A stretch of 58,753 nt of DNA from Clostridia bacterium (GCA_045537285.1 JAZSPC010000018.1:1-58753); one strand, 5' to 3'. Shown: positions 1-9,744, counted from the stretch's first letter. Notes: generated by a model not told the origin, from the letters alone. Numbers and translations: made by a program.

Positions 1-1
1 T

Positions 2-1594
2 GGCTCTAGATTAAATGAAAACAGTTTATCTGTAAGAGTAGGGGAAAAGAACATAAATGAACTTACAGATATGTCTATTGATAAAATTAAAAATTATATA
101 AATACATTAAAATTAAGCAAAAAAGATGAAATGATAGCAGACCAAATAGTTAAAGAATTAAATAAAAGATTACAATTCTTAATAGATGTAGGTTTAGAGT
201 ATTTGACACTATCTAGATCAGCAGGAACATTATCTGGTGGTGAAGCACAACGTATTCGTTTAGCTACACAAATAGGTTCTGCTTTATCAGGAGTGCTATA
301 TATACTAGATGAACCAAGTATAGGATTACATCAAAGAGATAATGAAAAATTAATTGCAACATTAAAGAAATTAAGAGATTTAGGAAATACTGTTTTAGTT
401 GTAGAGCATGATGAAGATACAATGCTTGCAGCAGACCAAGTAATAGATATTGGACCAGGACCTGGTGTTCATGGTGGTCAAGTAATTGCACAAGGAACAG
501 CAGAAGAAATTATGAAAGTATCTGAATCAATTACAGGACAATATTTATCAAGAAGAAAACAAATTAGAGTACCAGAAAAAAGAAGAAAACCTAAAAGAGA
601 AGCAATAGAAGTTGTTGGCGCAATTGAAAACAATTTAAAGAATTTAAATGTTAAGTTCCCACTAGGAGTATTTACTTGTGTTACAGGTGTTTCTGGTTCT
701 GGGAAGAGCACATTAGTAAATGAAGTACTATATAAAACAATTGCAAGACAGTTATATGAATCAAAGGAAAAACCAGGTAAATGCAAAGAAATTAAAGGTA
801 TAGAGAATATAGATAAGATTATAAATATAGACCAATCGCCAATAGGAAGGACACCACGTTCAAACCCAGCAACATACACAGGAGTATTTGATCATATTAG
901 AGATTTATTTGCTACAACGAATGAAGCAAAATTAAAAGGTTTTGATAAAGGACGTTTTAGTTTTAATGTTCCAGGTGGAAGATGTGAAGCTTGTAATGGT
1001 GATGGAATTATTAGAATAGAAATGCACTTTTTACCAGATGTTTATGTGCCTTGCGAAGTGTGTCATGGTAAGAGATACAATAGTGAGACATTACAGGTAA
1101 AATATAAAGGAAAAACAATATCTGATGTACTTGATATGACAGTTGAAGAAGCATTAGAATTCTTTAAGAATTTACCTAAAATAAAACAAAAGATTCAAAC
1201 TTTATATGACGTGGGACTTGGGTATATAAAACTTGGACAACCATCAACAACATTATCAGGTGGAGAAGCACAAAGAGTAAAACTTGCAACAGAATTATCT
1301 AAAAAACCAACAGGAAAGACACTATATATATTAGATGAACCAACCACGGGTCTTCATATAGCAGATGTTCATAAACTTGTAGATATTCTTCATAGATTAG
1401 TTGATACAGGAAATACTATTATAGTAATCGAACACAATTTAGATTTAATAAAAACAGCAGACCACATTATAGATCTAGGACCGGAAGGTGGAGATGCAGG
1501 AGGAACGATAGTACAAGTAGGAACACCTGAACAATTAATTAAAAATGAAAAGTCTTATACAGGAAAATTCTTAAAAGCATTTATTGAAAAGTAA
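2..1594 (+). CDS. uvrA: Excinuclease ABC subunit A, C-terminal ~530 aa (5' end outside window)
   Basis: Frame open from base 2 to TAA at 1592-1594. Two ABC signature motifs LSGGEAQR, Walker [10 protein letters not shown], zinc finger CEACNGDG...CEVCHGKR. Confidence 0.95.
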   Translation, partial: GSRLNENSLSVRVGEKNINELTDMSIDKIKNYINTLKLSKKDEMIADQIVKELNKRLQFLIDVGLEYLTLSRSAGTLSGGEAQRIRLATQIGSALSGVLYILDEPSIGLHQRDNEKLIATLKKLRDLGNTVLVVEHDEDTMLAADQVIDIGPGPGVHGGQVIAQGTAEEIMKVSESITGQYLSRRKQIRVPEKRRKPKREAIEVVGAIENNLKNLNVKFPLGVFTCVTGVSGSGKSTLVNEVLYKTIARQLYESKEKPGKCKEIKGIENIDKIINIDQSPIGRTPRSNPATYTGVFDHIRDLFATTNEAKLKGFDKGRFSFNVPGGRCEACNGDGIIRIEMHFLPDVYVPCEVCHGKRYNSETLQVKYKGKTISDVLDMTVEEALEFFKNLPKIKQKIQTLYDVGLGYIKLGQPSTTLSGGEAQRVKLATELSKKPTGKTLYILDEPTTGLHIADVHKLVDILHRLVDTGNTIIVIEHNLDLIKTADHIIDLGPEGGDAGGTIVQVGTPEQLIKNEKSYTGKFLKAFIEK

Positions 1595-1597
1595 CTT

Positions 1598-1640
1598 AAA
1601 GACTCTGTTACATTATATGTAATAGAGTCTTTTTAGTTTT
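1598..1640 (+). terminator. Rho-independent terminator after uvrA
   Basis: Arms aaagactct (1598-1606) and agagtcttt (1625-1633) followed by a T run. Confidence 0.8.
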
Positions 1641-1703
1641 TTTAAAAATATTATTGATATTTTTTATACTAAATAATATAATTGTTGATGGAGGATAGAT
1701 AAT

Positions 1704-2213
1704 ATGAATAAAATAACAAGAAAAGCTCTGGTAATTGGATTAATAGCAGGAATATTAGTTTTGTTAGATGGATTAATCACAAAAATATTAGGTCAAACAG
1801 CTTCTTTTACATGGGTAGCCTTCGTAAGTTGGACAGTATTTTTTGGAGAAACAGTTAAAGGAAGATTAAAGGCCATATTAGGATATATATTAGGTTTTTT
1901 AGCGGCTGTTGCAATAATGAAATTAGGAAATTTATTTAGTTTTATGAATATAGGTATAATAGCTTTTGGTTCGATCTTAGCTACAATGATTATAAATTAT
2001 GTATCTATTGAATTAGAAAAAATGGAAAAAATTATTCCTTATTCAGTTAGTGGTATATTTGTAGGAATATCAATGACTTTTGCGGGTTTAGGTATAGGTT
2101 TATCTCCTAATACTTTTGGAAATTCTTTATTAATGTTATCAATAATATTAATATATGGTATTTTAGGTTTACTAAGTGGATGGGCTACTTTAAAATTTGG
2201 AATTAAAGAATAA
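1704..2213 (+). CDS. Integral membrane protein, function unknown (possibly DUF1097-like)
   Basis: 169-aa ORF preceded by ggagg; hydrophobic throughout with about 5 predicted TM helices. Confidence 0.7.
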   Translation: MNKITRKALVIGLIAGILVLLDGLITKILGQTASFTWVAFVSWTVFFGETVKGRLKAILGYILGFLAAVAIMKLGNLFSFMNIGIIAFGSILATMIINYVSIELEKMEKIIPYSVSGIFVGISMTFAGLGIGLSPNTFGNSLLMLSIILIYGILGLLSGWATLKFGIKE

Positions 2214-2242
2214 AATTATATTGTAATACACATAAAAAATTT

Positions 2243-2271
2243 AGAGCAACCGGCTCATAACCGGTTGCTCT
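2243..2271. terminator. Bidirectional terminator between convergent genes
   Basis: Perfect 11-bp arms agagcaaccgg / ccggttgctct, A run upstream and T run downstream. Confidence 0.85.
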
Positions 2272-2294
2272 TTAAAATATATATTATGTGTTAA

Positions 2295-2471
2295 TTAAAG
2301 TTCACGTTCATACAAATCTTTAATAAATACATCTTCTTCACCAAAATCATCTACAAAACCAACTTTTGCTCTTGTATTATTAATTTCTTGAATCCAAACG
2401 GGCCTGTCTTCATAAAAGATATCAACTTTTTCTTTATTACTTAAAATTGAATTTATTCTATTTAATTCCAT
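2295..2471 (-). CDS. sspH: H-type small acid-soluble spore protein
   Basis: 58 aa starting MELNRINSILSN...VDIFYEDRPVWIQEIN, matching the SspH pattern (V.Y...PVWI). AAGGAG lies 9 nt upstream of the ATG at 2471. The TTG at 2480 in the ORF track is probably not the start. Confidence 0.8.
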   Translation of the reverse strand: MELNRINSILSNKEKVDIFYEDRPVWIQEINNTRAKVGFVDDFGEEDVFIKDLYEREL

Positions 2472-2579
2472 ACAAATCAACTCCTTATATTAAGTATATC
2501 CATGTTTTGTAAAATATATGATTAAACTTGACTAATTTTTGTAAAAGATATAAAATATCAATGATAAAAAGGAGTAAAA

Positions 2580-2891
2580 ATGCAAAGTAAATTTACAAAA
2601 ATTGATGAGGAATTTATATGCCATAACTGTGGTAAAAAAGTAGAAAAATTAGGATATACTTGCAGAAACCATTGCCCAAGTTGTTTACATTCAAAACATG
2701 TAGATATAAATCCGGGAGATAGAGCAGAAACTTGCCAAGGCGTATTAAAACCCGTAAGTGTGGAAATAGATTCTAAAAAGGGATATGTTATTATTTTTAA
2801 GTGTGAAAAATGTGGAGCGATAAGAAAGAATAAAGCAGCAGAGGATGATAATATTGATTTAATAATACAATTATCTTCAAAACAATATTAA
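2580..2891 (+). CDS. RNHCP domain-containing zinc-ribbon protein
   Basis: Literal RNHCP motif (CRNHCPSC) plus CHNC and CEKC cysteine pairs; aggag RBS. Confidence 0.8.
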   Translation: MQSKFTKIDEEFICHNCGKKVEKLGYTCRNHCPSCLHSKHVDINPGDRAETCQGVLKPVSVEIDSKKGYVIIFKCEKCGAIRKNKAAEDDNIDLIIQLSSKQY

Positions 2892-2968
2892 CTAAAAGTT
2901 TGTAAAAAATATTGAAATTAAGAATATATATTTATATAATATTAATGACAGAAAGTGAGGAAAAAATA

Positions 2969-4324
2969 TTGAAAAAGTATTTTGGAACAGATGGAATTAG
3001 ACGTATAGCAAATACTGAGTTATCACCAGAATTTGTATACAAAGTAGCAAAAGCAGGTGCGTATGTACTTGCAAAACATAGTAATCATACACCTACTATA
3101 TTAATAGGTAGAGATACAAGAATATCAGGTACTTTAATAGAGAGTGCTATGACAGCAGGATTTTTAAGTTATGGAGCAAATGTTAAATTGTTAGGAGTAC
3201 TTCCAACACCAGCAGTAGCATATTTAACTAAAAAAATGAATGCAGATGCAGGAGTTGTTATATCAGCATCTCATAATACATTCGAATTTAATGGTATCAA
3301 ATTTTTTAGTAACAAAGGTATGAAAATACCAGATGAAATAGAAGAAGAAATTGAAGAAATAATAGATTCCGGTAGAATAGGAGAGCTAACAGCTGAACAC
3401 GAAAAAATAGGTGTATCAAAAATGCATCCTGAATATATTTACGAATATGCCGGATTTATAAGAGATTTATTTAAAGATGTAAAAGCACCAGAAGATTTTG
3501 TGGTTGGTTTAGATACAGCAAATGGTGCAACTTATGAAGTCGCTAAATATATTTTTGAAGAGCTAGGAATTAAATATAGAATAATAAATAATTTTCCAAA
3601 TGGAATAAATATAAATAGAGGTTGTGGATCAACACACTTAGAAGGATTAAAAGAATTTGTTATTCAAAATAAATTATCTCTTGGGATTGCTTATGACGGA
3701 GATGGAGACAGATGTTTAGCAATAGACGATGAGGGAAATGAAATAAATGGAGATATAATACTTGCAATATTATCTAACTATATGAAGAAAAACAATAAAT
3801 TAAATCAAGATACTATTGTAGCAACTGTTATGAGCAACTTAGGATTGAAAAAATATTCAAAAGAAAATAACTTACAATTTGTAGAGACAAAAGTTGGAGA
3901 CAGATATGTTCTTGAAGAAATGTTGAAAAATAAATATAATTTAGGCGGAGAGCAATCAGGACATATAATCTTATTAGATTACAATCCAACAGGAGATGGA
4001 ATTCTTACATCACTAATGCTTATAAGAACATTATTAGAAAACAAACAAAAAGCATCAGAAGCTAGAAAAATAGTAAGTATATTCCCACAGGTTTTGGTAA
4101 ATGCTAAGGTAAGCAATGAAAAGAAATACGATTATTCAGGAGATAAAGAAATACAAGAAGAAATAAGAAAAATAGAAGAAGAATTTTCTGATAATGGTAG
4201 AGTATTAATAAGAACTTCTGGAACAGAACCATTAGTTAGAGTAATGATTGAAGGAAGCGATGAAAAATATATAAAAGAAAAAGCAGAAAAGCTTGCAAAT
4301 TTAATTGAAAATAAGTTAAAATAA
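2969..4324 (+). CDS. glmM: Phosphoglucosamine mutase
   Basis: KYFGTDGIRR N-terminus, phosphoserine loop SASHNTFEFNGIKFF, metal site YDGDGDR, GEQSGH. TTG at 2969 has a GTGAGG RBS 8 nt upstream. The longer ORF from 2912 has no RBS and adds a non-homologous leader. Confidence 0.9.
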   Translation: MKKYFGTDGIRRIANTELSPEFVYKVAKAGAYVLAKHSNHTPTILIGRDTRISGTLIESAMTAGFLSYGANVKLLGVLPTPAVAYLTKKMNADAGVVISASHNTFEFNGIKFFSNKGMKIPDEIEEEIEEIIDSGRIGELTAEHEKIGVSKMHPEYIYEYAGFIRDLFKDVKAPEDFVVGLDTANGATYEVAKYIFEELGIKYRIINNFPNGININRGCGSTHLEGLKEFVIQNKLSLGIAYDGDGDRCLAIDDEGNEINGDIILAILSNYMKKNNKLNQDTIVATVMSNLGLKKYSKENNLQFVETKVGDRYVLEEMLKNKYNLGGEQSGHIILLDYNPTGDGILTSLMLIRTLLENKQKASEARKIVSIFPQVLVNAKVSNEKKYDYSGDKEIQEEIRKIEEEFSDNGRVLIRTSGTEPLVRVMIEGSDEKYIKEKAEKLANLIENKLK

Positions 4325-4350
4325 TTTATATAAACAAAGGAGGAGAAAAA

Positions 4351-4683
4351 ATGTATATAGTAGATTTATCACAACCATACACAATAATTGGAGCATTAAT
4401 GATTACATTACTATTTATAATAATAGGAAAAGAATTTAAGAAAAGCTTTATGCCAGCAATACCTCTATTTTTATTCTTAATATTATTAGTAATACACACA
4501 TTCCAGTCAACAGTATTAACAGATTTAGCATATAAGTCTATGGTAACTGTATCTATGGGTGTAGATGCTTGTATGATTTTCTTAGCTTATATTTCATACT
4601 TATGGGTAGACGATATAGAAACAAGAGAAAAACACAAAAAAAGCATAGACAACAGTCTAGATTGGTTCTGGAAAAAAGTATAA
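4351..4683 (+). CDS. Small membrane protein, function unknown
   Basis: 110 aa, aggagg RBS, three hydrophobic segments. Confidence 0.65.
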   Translation: MYIVDLSQPYTIIGALMITLLFIIIGKEFKKSFMPAIPLFLFLILLVIHTFQSTVLTDLAYKSMVTVSMGVDACMIFLAYISYLWVDDIETREKHKKSIDNSLDWFWKKV

Positions 4684-4693
4684 TAAAATCATG

Positions 4694-4730
4694 AAAAAGG
4701 AATTGGTTTTTTAAATCAATTTCTTTTTTG
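4694..4730 (+). terminator. Putative rho-independent terminator
   Basis: Arms aaaaggaattg / caatttctttt (one G-T pair) followed by tttttt. Confidence 0.6.
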
Positions 4731-4799
4731 TAATTTATTGTTAAATTTTGTATTATGTGATACAATACAAAAAGAAAATTTAAAAGTGAGGAGTAAGAA

Positions 4800-5291
4800 A
4801 TGGAGAAAAAGATTATTATAATTAATGGAACAGGTGGAGCTGGTAAAGATACATTTGTTAGCTTTTGTTCAGAAATAGAAAAAGTATTAAATATTTCAAC
4901 AGTTGATAAGGTAAAAGAAGCGGCAGCTATTTTAGTTGGTTGGAATGGAGAAAAGGATGAAGTAAGTAGAAAATTATTAGTAGATTTAAAACAATTAAGT
5001 ATAGCATATAATGATGCTCCAACAAAATATATATGTAGTATGGCAGAAAAATTTAAAGGTTCAGATGATAGCCTTATGTTTATTCATATAAGAGAAGCAG
5101 AAGAAATAGAAAAAGCTAAAAAACTTTTAAATGCAAAAACTTTATTAATTACAAATCCAAGAGTACAATTAATAACTTCAAATGATTCAGATGGAAAAGT
5201 TAATGAATATAAATATGATTATTATATTGAAAATGATGGAACATTAGAAGATTTGAAAGAAAAAGCTAAGAATTTTGTTGAGGGGTTATAA
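4800..5291 (+). CDS. P-loop NTPase / nucleotide-kinase-like protein
   Basis: Walker A-like NGTGGAGKDT at the N-terminus, 163 aa, gaggag RBS. Resembles dNMP-kinase-like small kinases; specificity not deducible. Confidence 0.6.
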   Translation: MEKKIIIINGTGGAGKDTFVSFCSEIEKVLNISTVDKVKEAAAILVGWNGEKDEVSRKLLVDLKQLSIAYNDAPTKYICSMAEKFKGSDDSLMFIHIREAEEIEKAKKLLNAKTLLITNPRVQLITSNDSDGKVNEYKYDYYIENDGTLEDLKEKAKNFVEGL

Positions 5292-5293
5292 TA

Positions 5294-5740
5294 ATGCAAA
5301 AAATAAAAGAACTATATTTTAAGCATAAAGAAATAATAAATTATTTAATCTTTGGAGCATTAACGACAGTTGTGAGCCTTGTTACTAAATATTTATTATT
5401 ATTCACGGTATTAGACGCAGCAAACGCATTACAACTTCAAATAGCAGTTATAACATCATGGATTGCAGCATGTTTATTTGCATACATAACAAATCGTATC
5501 TGGGTATTTGAAAGCAAATCAAAAGCGATTATTAAAGAGATGATAAAGTTTTTTACAGCAAGACTTGCTACACTTGGATTAGAAATGTTAATAATGTTTA
5601 TATTTGTAACAGCATTAGGATTAAATAGTGATATATGGGTAATAATATGGACATTAGTATCACAAGTGCTAATAATTATAGGAAATTATATTTTAAGTAA
5701 ATTAGTGGTATTTAAAAATAAAGAGAAAGAGGAAAAATAA
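5294..5740 (+). CDS. GtrA family membrane protein
   Basis: 148 aa with 4 TM segments and the typical GtrA layout (YLIFGALTT...NRIWVF). Directly coupled to the downstream GT2 gene. Confidence 0.8.
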   Translation: MQKIKELYFKHKEIINYLIFGALTTVVSLVTKYLLLFTVLDAANALQLQIAVITSWIAACLFAYITNRIWVFESKSKAIIKEMIKFFTARLATLGLEMLIMFIFVTALGLNSDIWVIIWTLVSQVLIIIGNYILSKLVVFKNKEKEEK

Positions 5741-5741
5741 G

Positions 5742-6686
5742 ATGAAAAAAATTTCGATTGTTGTGCCAGCATATAATGAAGAAGAGTCATTACCATTTTT
5801 ATACGAAAGATTAACAAACTTATTAAATAGTATAGAAAACTATGAATTTGAAGTCTTATTTATAAATGATGGAAGCAAAGATAAAACATTAGAAATAATA
5901 AAAGAATTAAGACAAAAAGATGAAAGATTTTGCTATGTAAACTTATCTAGAAACTTTGGTAAAGAAGTAGCTATGATGGCTGGATTGGATTATGCAAAAG
6001 GTGATGCAGTAATATTTATAGATGCAGACCTTCAAGATCCACCAGAGCTTATTCCTGAATTAATAAAATACTGGGAAGAAGGCTATGATGATGTATATGC
6101 AAAAAGAAAATCAAGAGACGGAGAAACTTTCTTAAAGAAATTTACATCTAAAATGTACTATAAAGTACTTCAAAGAATGTCAAGAGTTGAAATACAAGAA
6201 GATACTGGGGATTTTAGATTATTAGATACAAGATGCGTAAATGCTCTAAAAAAATTAAGAGAATCTCAAAGATGCTCTAAGAGTATGTTTAGCTGGATAG
6301 GATACAAGAAGAAGGAAGTTCTTTTTGATAGAGATGCAAGAATAGCTGGAAAAACAAAATGGAATTATAAAAAGCTTGTGGATTTAGCCATAGACGGTAT
6401 AACATCATTCACAACATCTCCATTAAGACTTGCGACATATATAAGTATACCAACATTTATAATGCTTGCAGTTTATGCCTTATATGTACTTGTTAAATGT
6501 TTTGTTATTAAAGAAGTAGTACATGCATATCAAGCAATTATATTACTTATACTATTCTTCTCAGGAATACAAATATTGCTGTTTGGAATAGTTGGAGAAT
6601 ATTTAGGAAGAATATTTAATGAAACAAAAAACAGACCATTATATTTAGTTGATGAATACAATGGTGAAAAAGAAATGAATAATTAA
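5742..6686 (+). CDS. Family 2 glycosyltransferase, polyprenol-phosphate sugar transferase type (GtrB/CsbB-like)
   Basis: SIVVPAYNEE, DGSKD, IDADLQDP motifs and two C-terminal TM helices. Confidence 0.85.
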   Translation: MKKISIVVPAYNEEESLPFLYERLTNLLNSIENYEFEVLFINDGSKDKTLEIIKELRQKDERFCYVNLSRNFGKEVAMMAGLDYAKGDAVIFIDADLQDPPELIPELIKYWEEGYDDVYAKRKSRDGETFLKKFTSKMYYKVLQRMSRVEIQEDTGDFRLLDTRCVNALKKLRESQRCSKSMFSWIGYKKKEVLFDRDARIAGKTKWNYKKLVDLAIDGITSFTTSPLRLATYISIPTFIMLAVYALYVLVKCFVIKEVVHAYQAIILLILFFSGIQILLFGIVGEYLGRIFNETKNRPLYLVDEYNGEKEMNN

Positions 6687-6784
6687 ATTTAAAGAGCAAT
6701 TTGCAAATTTTTGATAACTATGATAAAATAGTCATACTGAGCAAATTGCTCAAATTTTTATATAATTACAGGAGGAAAAAGGAC

Positions 6785-7306
6785 ATGAAAGTGGCTGAAA
6801 AAACACGGACACCAACTGAGGGCGAGTGGTTTGTGGTAAACTTAAATACCATAAACAAAAATCTCTTTAAAAGAGAAAAAAAAGACCCACAGCAAGAAAG
6901 AACCAGGCAGCTTATTCGCGAAGCGCTTGATGTTGTAAGGAAAAATCCTACCAAGTATCCGGCGGAATTTAAGGTGATTATGCCGGAAAAAAATTGGAAG
7001 AAAAAATCCATAAGCCAGTTAAAGCAAGTAGCTTGCGAATTGGGTGACCATGCAGCTGACTGGGTTGAACAGGCACTTGTATGGGCCCAAAGAATCAGCA
7101 ATGGAGAATCTTGGAAGAAGGTTTGCAATGACCCAGATAATGCCAATTGGTATAGACTAATTGCATGGAAGGATAATTATTGGAGATTCGTTGGAGGTTC
7201 TCAAAAAGCAAAAGATGAAAGTCCTTCATCATTTGTATACCATTACAATTATTGGGGAAGAATGCATATTAAAAATGCAATTCCATTAGTTGTAAGCTAT
7301 GAATAA
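6785..7306 (+). CDS. Hypothetical protein in a GC-rich cassette, probably horizontally acquired
   Basis: AGGAGG lies 9 nt upstream of the ATG at 6785, and the ORF has its own terminator. G+C is 29 of 60 nt at 6781-6840 against 13 of 60 at 6601-6660. I recognise no family. Confidence 0.6.
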   Translation: MKVAEKTRTPTEGEWFVVNLNTINKNLFKREKKDPQQERTRQLIREALDVVRKNPTKYPAEFKVIMPEKNWKKKSISQLKQVACELGDHAADWVEQALVWAQRISNGESWKKVCNDPDNANWYRLIAWKDNYWRFVGGSQKAKDESPSSFVYHYNYWGRMHIKNAIPLVVSYE

Positions 7307-7340
7307 CGCTTTTGTGTTTAATTAATTTTGTAGTTAAACT

Positions 7341-7383
7341 AATAAAGAGGAAGTGCTTTAATAAGTACTTCCTCTTTATTTAT
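7341..7383 (+). terminator. Rho-independent terminator of the GC-rich ORF
   Basis: Arms aaagaggaagtgctt / aagtacttcctcttt followed by a T-rich stretch. Confidence 0.8.
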
Positions 7384-7447
7384 CACAATAATTAACAAAT
7401 GAATTAAAACATTCATAATATATACAAATATTATGGAGGTTTATTTT

Positions 7448-8188
7448 ATGGATTATGAATTAATGATGAATGGAAATGTAAGAATTGGCATGAAAGCTCC
7501 TGACTTTGATGCACAGACAACAATGGGCAATATATCTTTATCAAGCTATTTAGGAAAATGGGTTATACTATTTTCACATCCAGGAGATTTTACCCCAGTA
7601 TGTACTACCGAAATGATAGCTTTTGCAAATGCTAATACATATTTTACCCAAAGAAATGCATGCTTATTAGGATTAAGTGTAGATAGCAATTCATCACATT
7701 TAGCTTGGATGTATGATATATATTTAAGAACAGGAATAAAAGTTCCTTTCCCGATAATTGCAGATAGAAATGGCCAAATTGCTAGAAAATATGGTATGAT
7801 TTCAAGTGATGTTAGCAACACTGAAACAGTAAGAAATGTATATATAATTGATCCAGAAGGAATAGTGAGATTGATATTAATATATCCATTAAATATTGGA
7901 AGATGTATACCAGAAATTTTAAGAGCATTAGAAGCGCTACAAGTATCAACTAAATGTAAAGGAGCAACTCCTGCCAATTGGAGTATGGGAAATCCAATAA
8001 TTATGCCTAGTCCACAAACTTTTGCAGAATTAGAACAAAGAAGTAAAGAGGTAGAAAACAATCAAAATGGAATGAGTTGGTATTTAAGTTTTAAAAGTAC
8101 AGAAAACTGTTTGGGAGATAATAAAGAGTCGAAAGAAGTTAAAAAAATAGAAGACAAAAATCAAACAACACAAAAAGTTAAAAGATAG
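7448..8188 (+). CDS. Peroxiredoxin (Prx6-like 1-Cys type) with Lys/Glu-rich C-terminal tail
   Basis: HPGDFTPVCTTE peroxidatic-Cys motif. GGAGG lies 8 nt before the ATG at 7448. Confidence 0.88.
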   Translation: MDYELMMNGNVRIGMKAPDFDAQTTMGNISLSSYLGKWVILFSHPGDFTPVCTTEMIAFANANTYFTQRNACLLGLSVDSNSSHLAWMYDIYLRTGIKVPFPIIADRNGQIARKYGMISSDVSNTETVRNVYIIDPEGIVRLILIYPLNIGRCIPEILRALEALQVSTKCKGATPANWSMGNPIIMPSPQTFAELEQRSKEVENNQNGMSWYLSFKSTENCLGDNKESKEVKKIEDKNQTTQKVKR

Positions 8189-8214
8189 CGGTTTACAAAC
8201 TGCTATCTTTTGTG
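8182..8214 (+). terminator. Rho-independent terminator
   Basis: Arms aagatagc / gctatctt followed by ttg; overlaps the stop codon. Confidence 0.7.
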
Positions 8215-8259
8215 TTAAAATATGTAAGCAAAATAAAGTAGAAAAGTAGGGAATAAAAT

Positions 8260-8820
8260 ATGTTATTAGCTTTGGTTGGAGTAACAGGGGTAGGTAAGTC
8301 GTATTATAAAGAAAGAATTGTAGAAAATTTTGATTTTGAAAAAGTAAATACTATACGTACAAGAGAAAAACGTGTAGGGGAAGAAGATGGAAAAGCTGGG
8401 CTATTTATGACGAAACAAGAACTTGAAGAATTAAAAGCACAAGGGAAAATAGCTTATGATTTTGACGTTTTTGGCGGAACTTATGCATATTTAAAAGATG
8501 AAATATTTTCAGAAAAAAACATGGTTTTTGAAATGCACTATACAACAATAGCAGATTGGAAAAAAGTAAGAACTGATATTAAAACTATATATATATTACC
8601 AAAAGATATAGAAATTGCTAAAAATCAAGCAAGAAAAAGAAACTTATCTAAGGAAAAAGAAGAAGAAAGAATTAAAGAAATAGATGAACATTATAACAGA
8701 ATATCTACCGACGAAAACTTACGTAATATGTTTGATTATATAGTATATAATAATTATGATGAAGAATCTGAAAATGAATTATTAGATTTAGTAAAAGAAA
8801 TGCTAAACGGTAACAAATAA
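8260..8820 (+). CDS. Guanylate-kinase-like P-loop kinase
   Basis: Walker A GVTGVGKS, then TIRTREKRVGEEDGKAGLFMT...GGTYAY, which resembles the guanylate kinase fold. Confidence 0.65.
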   Translation: MLLALVGVTGVGKSYYKERIVENFDFEKVNTIRTREKRVGEEDGKAGLFMTKQELEELKAQGKIAYDFDVFGGTYAYLKDEIFSEKNMVFEMHYTTIADWKKVRTDIKTIYILPKDIEIAKNQARKRNLSKEKEEERIKEIDEHYNRISTDENLRNMFDYIVYNNYDEESENELLDLVKEMLNGNK

Positions 8821-8839
8821 GGAAGAAAAGGATTATAAC

Positions 8840-9673
8840 ATGGAGAAAAAATATTTTGAATTAGGTGAAGATTACGAAAAAATAATAAAAAACACGTTAA
8901 AAGATAAAAAAGTTAAAAACTTTAATCAAATATCTACTGGTTGGACAAATATTGTTTATGAAGTTTCAACAGATGATGGAGATTACTTTTTTAGATTTCC
9001 AAGAGATGATTTCTGGGCTAGAACAATTGTAAAAGATTGTGCGTTATCACAATATATTTATGGTAAAACAGACTTTAACACAGTAAGAACAAACTTATAT
9101 TTTGATAATAATAGACCATATAGTGTTCATGAAAAAATAGAAGGAACAGTTTTGGCAGATAAAATGAATGAATTAAGTCAAGAACAAGTAGATAACATAT
9201 CAGATGAAATTGCTAAATTTATGTATCAATTACATAGTGTAGATTTAAAGAAAAATAAAATTGAGGAACAAAAAGAATCACATTTGAATTTAGTTGATTT
9301 CTTAAATGAGTTATTAGTTTTACATGTAAGTGAAGAAGATAGAAAATTTTGGGATGTACAAGAATTTTCTAAAAAAGAAAATAACTGTTTAGTTCATGGT
9401 GATTTGAATTCAAGCAATGTATTATTGAATAAAGATAATCATGTGGCAGCAATTATTGATTTCGGATTTGCGGGTTATGGAAACAAATATTTTGATGTAG
9501 CAAGAATAATTGGAAGATGTCCAGCACAATTTAAAGATAGTATTGTTAAAAATTATGAAAAATATTCAAACGAAAAATTGGATAAAAATGTATTAGATAC
9601 TGAAATTGATATTTGGACTAATATTGATAATGGTTATATAAATTATATGAGAACAATTGGAATTTACGAATAA
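8840..9673 (+). CDS. Aminoglycoside/choline-kinase-type phosphotransferase (APH family)
   Basis: Catalytic loop HGDLNSSNVLL and metal-binding IIDFGFAG. Confidence 0.8.
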   Translation: MEKKYFELGEDYEKIIKNTLKDKKVKNFNQISTGWTNIVYEVSTDDGDYFFRFPRDDFWARTIVKDCALSQYIYGKTDFNTVRTNLYFDNNRPYSVHEKIEGTVLADKMNELSQEQVDNISDEIAKFMYQLHSVDLKKNKIEEQKESHLNLVDFLNELLVLHVSEEDRKFWDVQEFSKKENNCLVHGDLNSSNVLLNKDNHVAAIIDFGFAGYGNKYFDVARIIGRCPAQFKDSIVKNYEKYSNEKLDKNVLDTEIDIWTNIDNGYINYMRTIGIYE

Positions 9674-9744
9674 AATGTAAATAATAAAATTTATAAAAAT
9701 GGCCATACTAATAAAAGAAATTTTATTAAAGGAGGCTATTTTTT

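Noticed and set aside
264-879. Antisense ORFs inside uvrA (264-491 and 478-879, minus strand). Similar minus-strand ORFs sit inside other genes (6766-7146, 7546-8061, 11281-11754, 12002-12394, 14578-14979, 17144-17509, 20152-20724, 47311-47991, 53033-53611, 56692-57093 and others).
   Set aside because: All lie entirely within strongly supported plus-strand genes. Their composition is low-complexity Leu/Phe/Ser/Ile-rich, as expected from the reverse complement of AT-rich Lys/Glu-rich coding sequence. They have no RBS and no family resemblance, so they are shadow ORFs.
2472-2579. A forespore-type (sigma-G/F) promoter for sspH in the divergent spacer.
   Set aside because: I could not find a convincing match to the -35 and -10 consensus at correct spacing by eye. 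It is left unannotated rather than guessed.
2912-2968. Long N-terminal extensions offered by the ORF track (glmM from 2912, tsaB from 12123, LCP from 24933, TetR from 56522, 6701 for the GC-rich ORF, 10310, 37611, 39027).
   Set aside because: In each case an internal start has a proper Shine-Dalgarno sequence at 6-10 nt and matches the conserved N-terminus of the family. The extension lacks an RBS and often overlaps the upstream gene or terminator.
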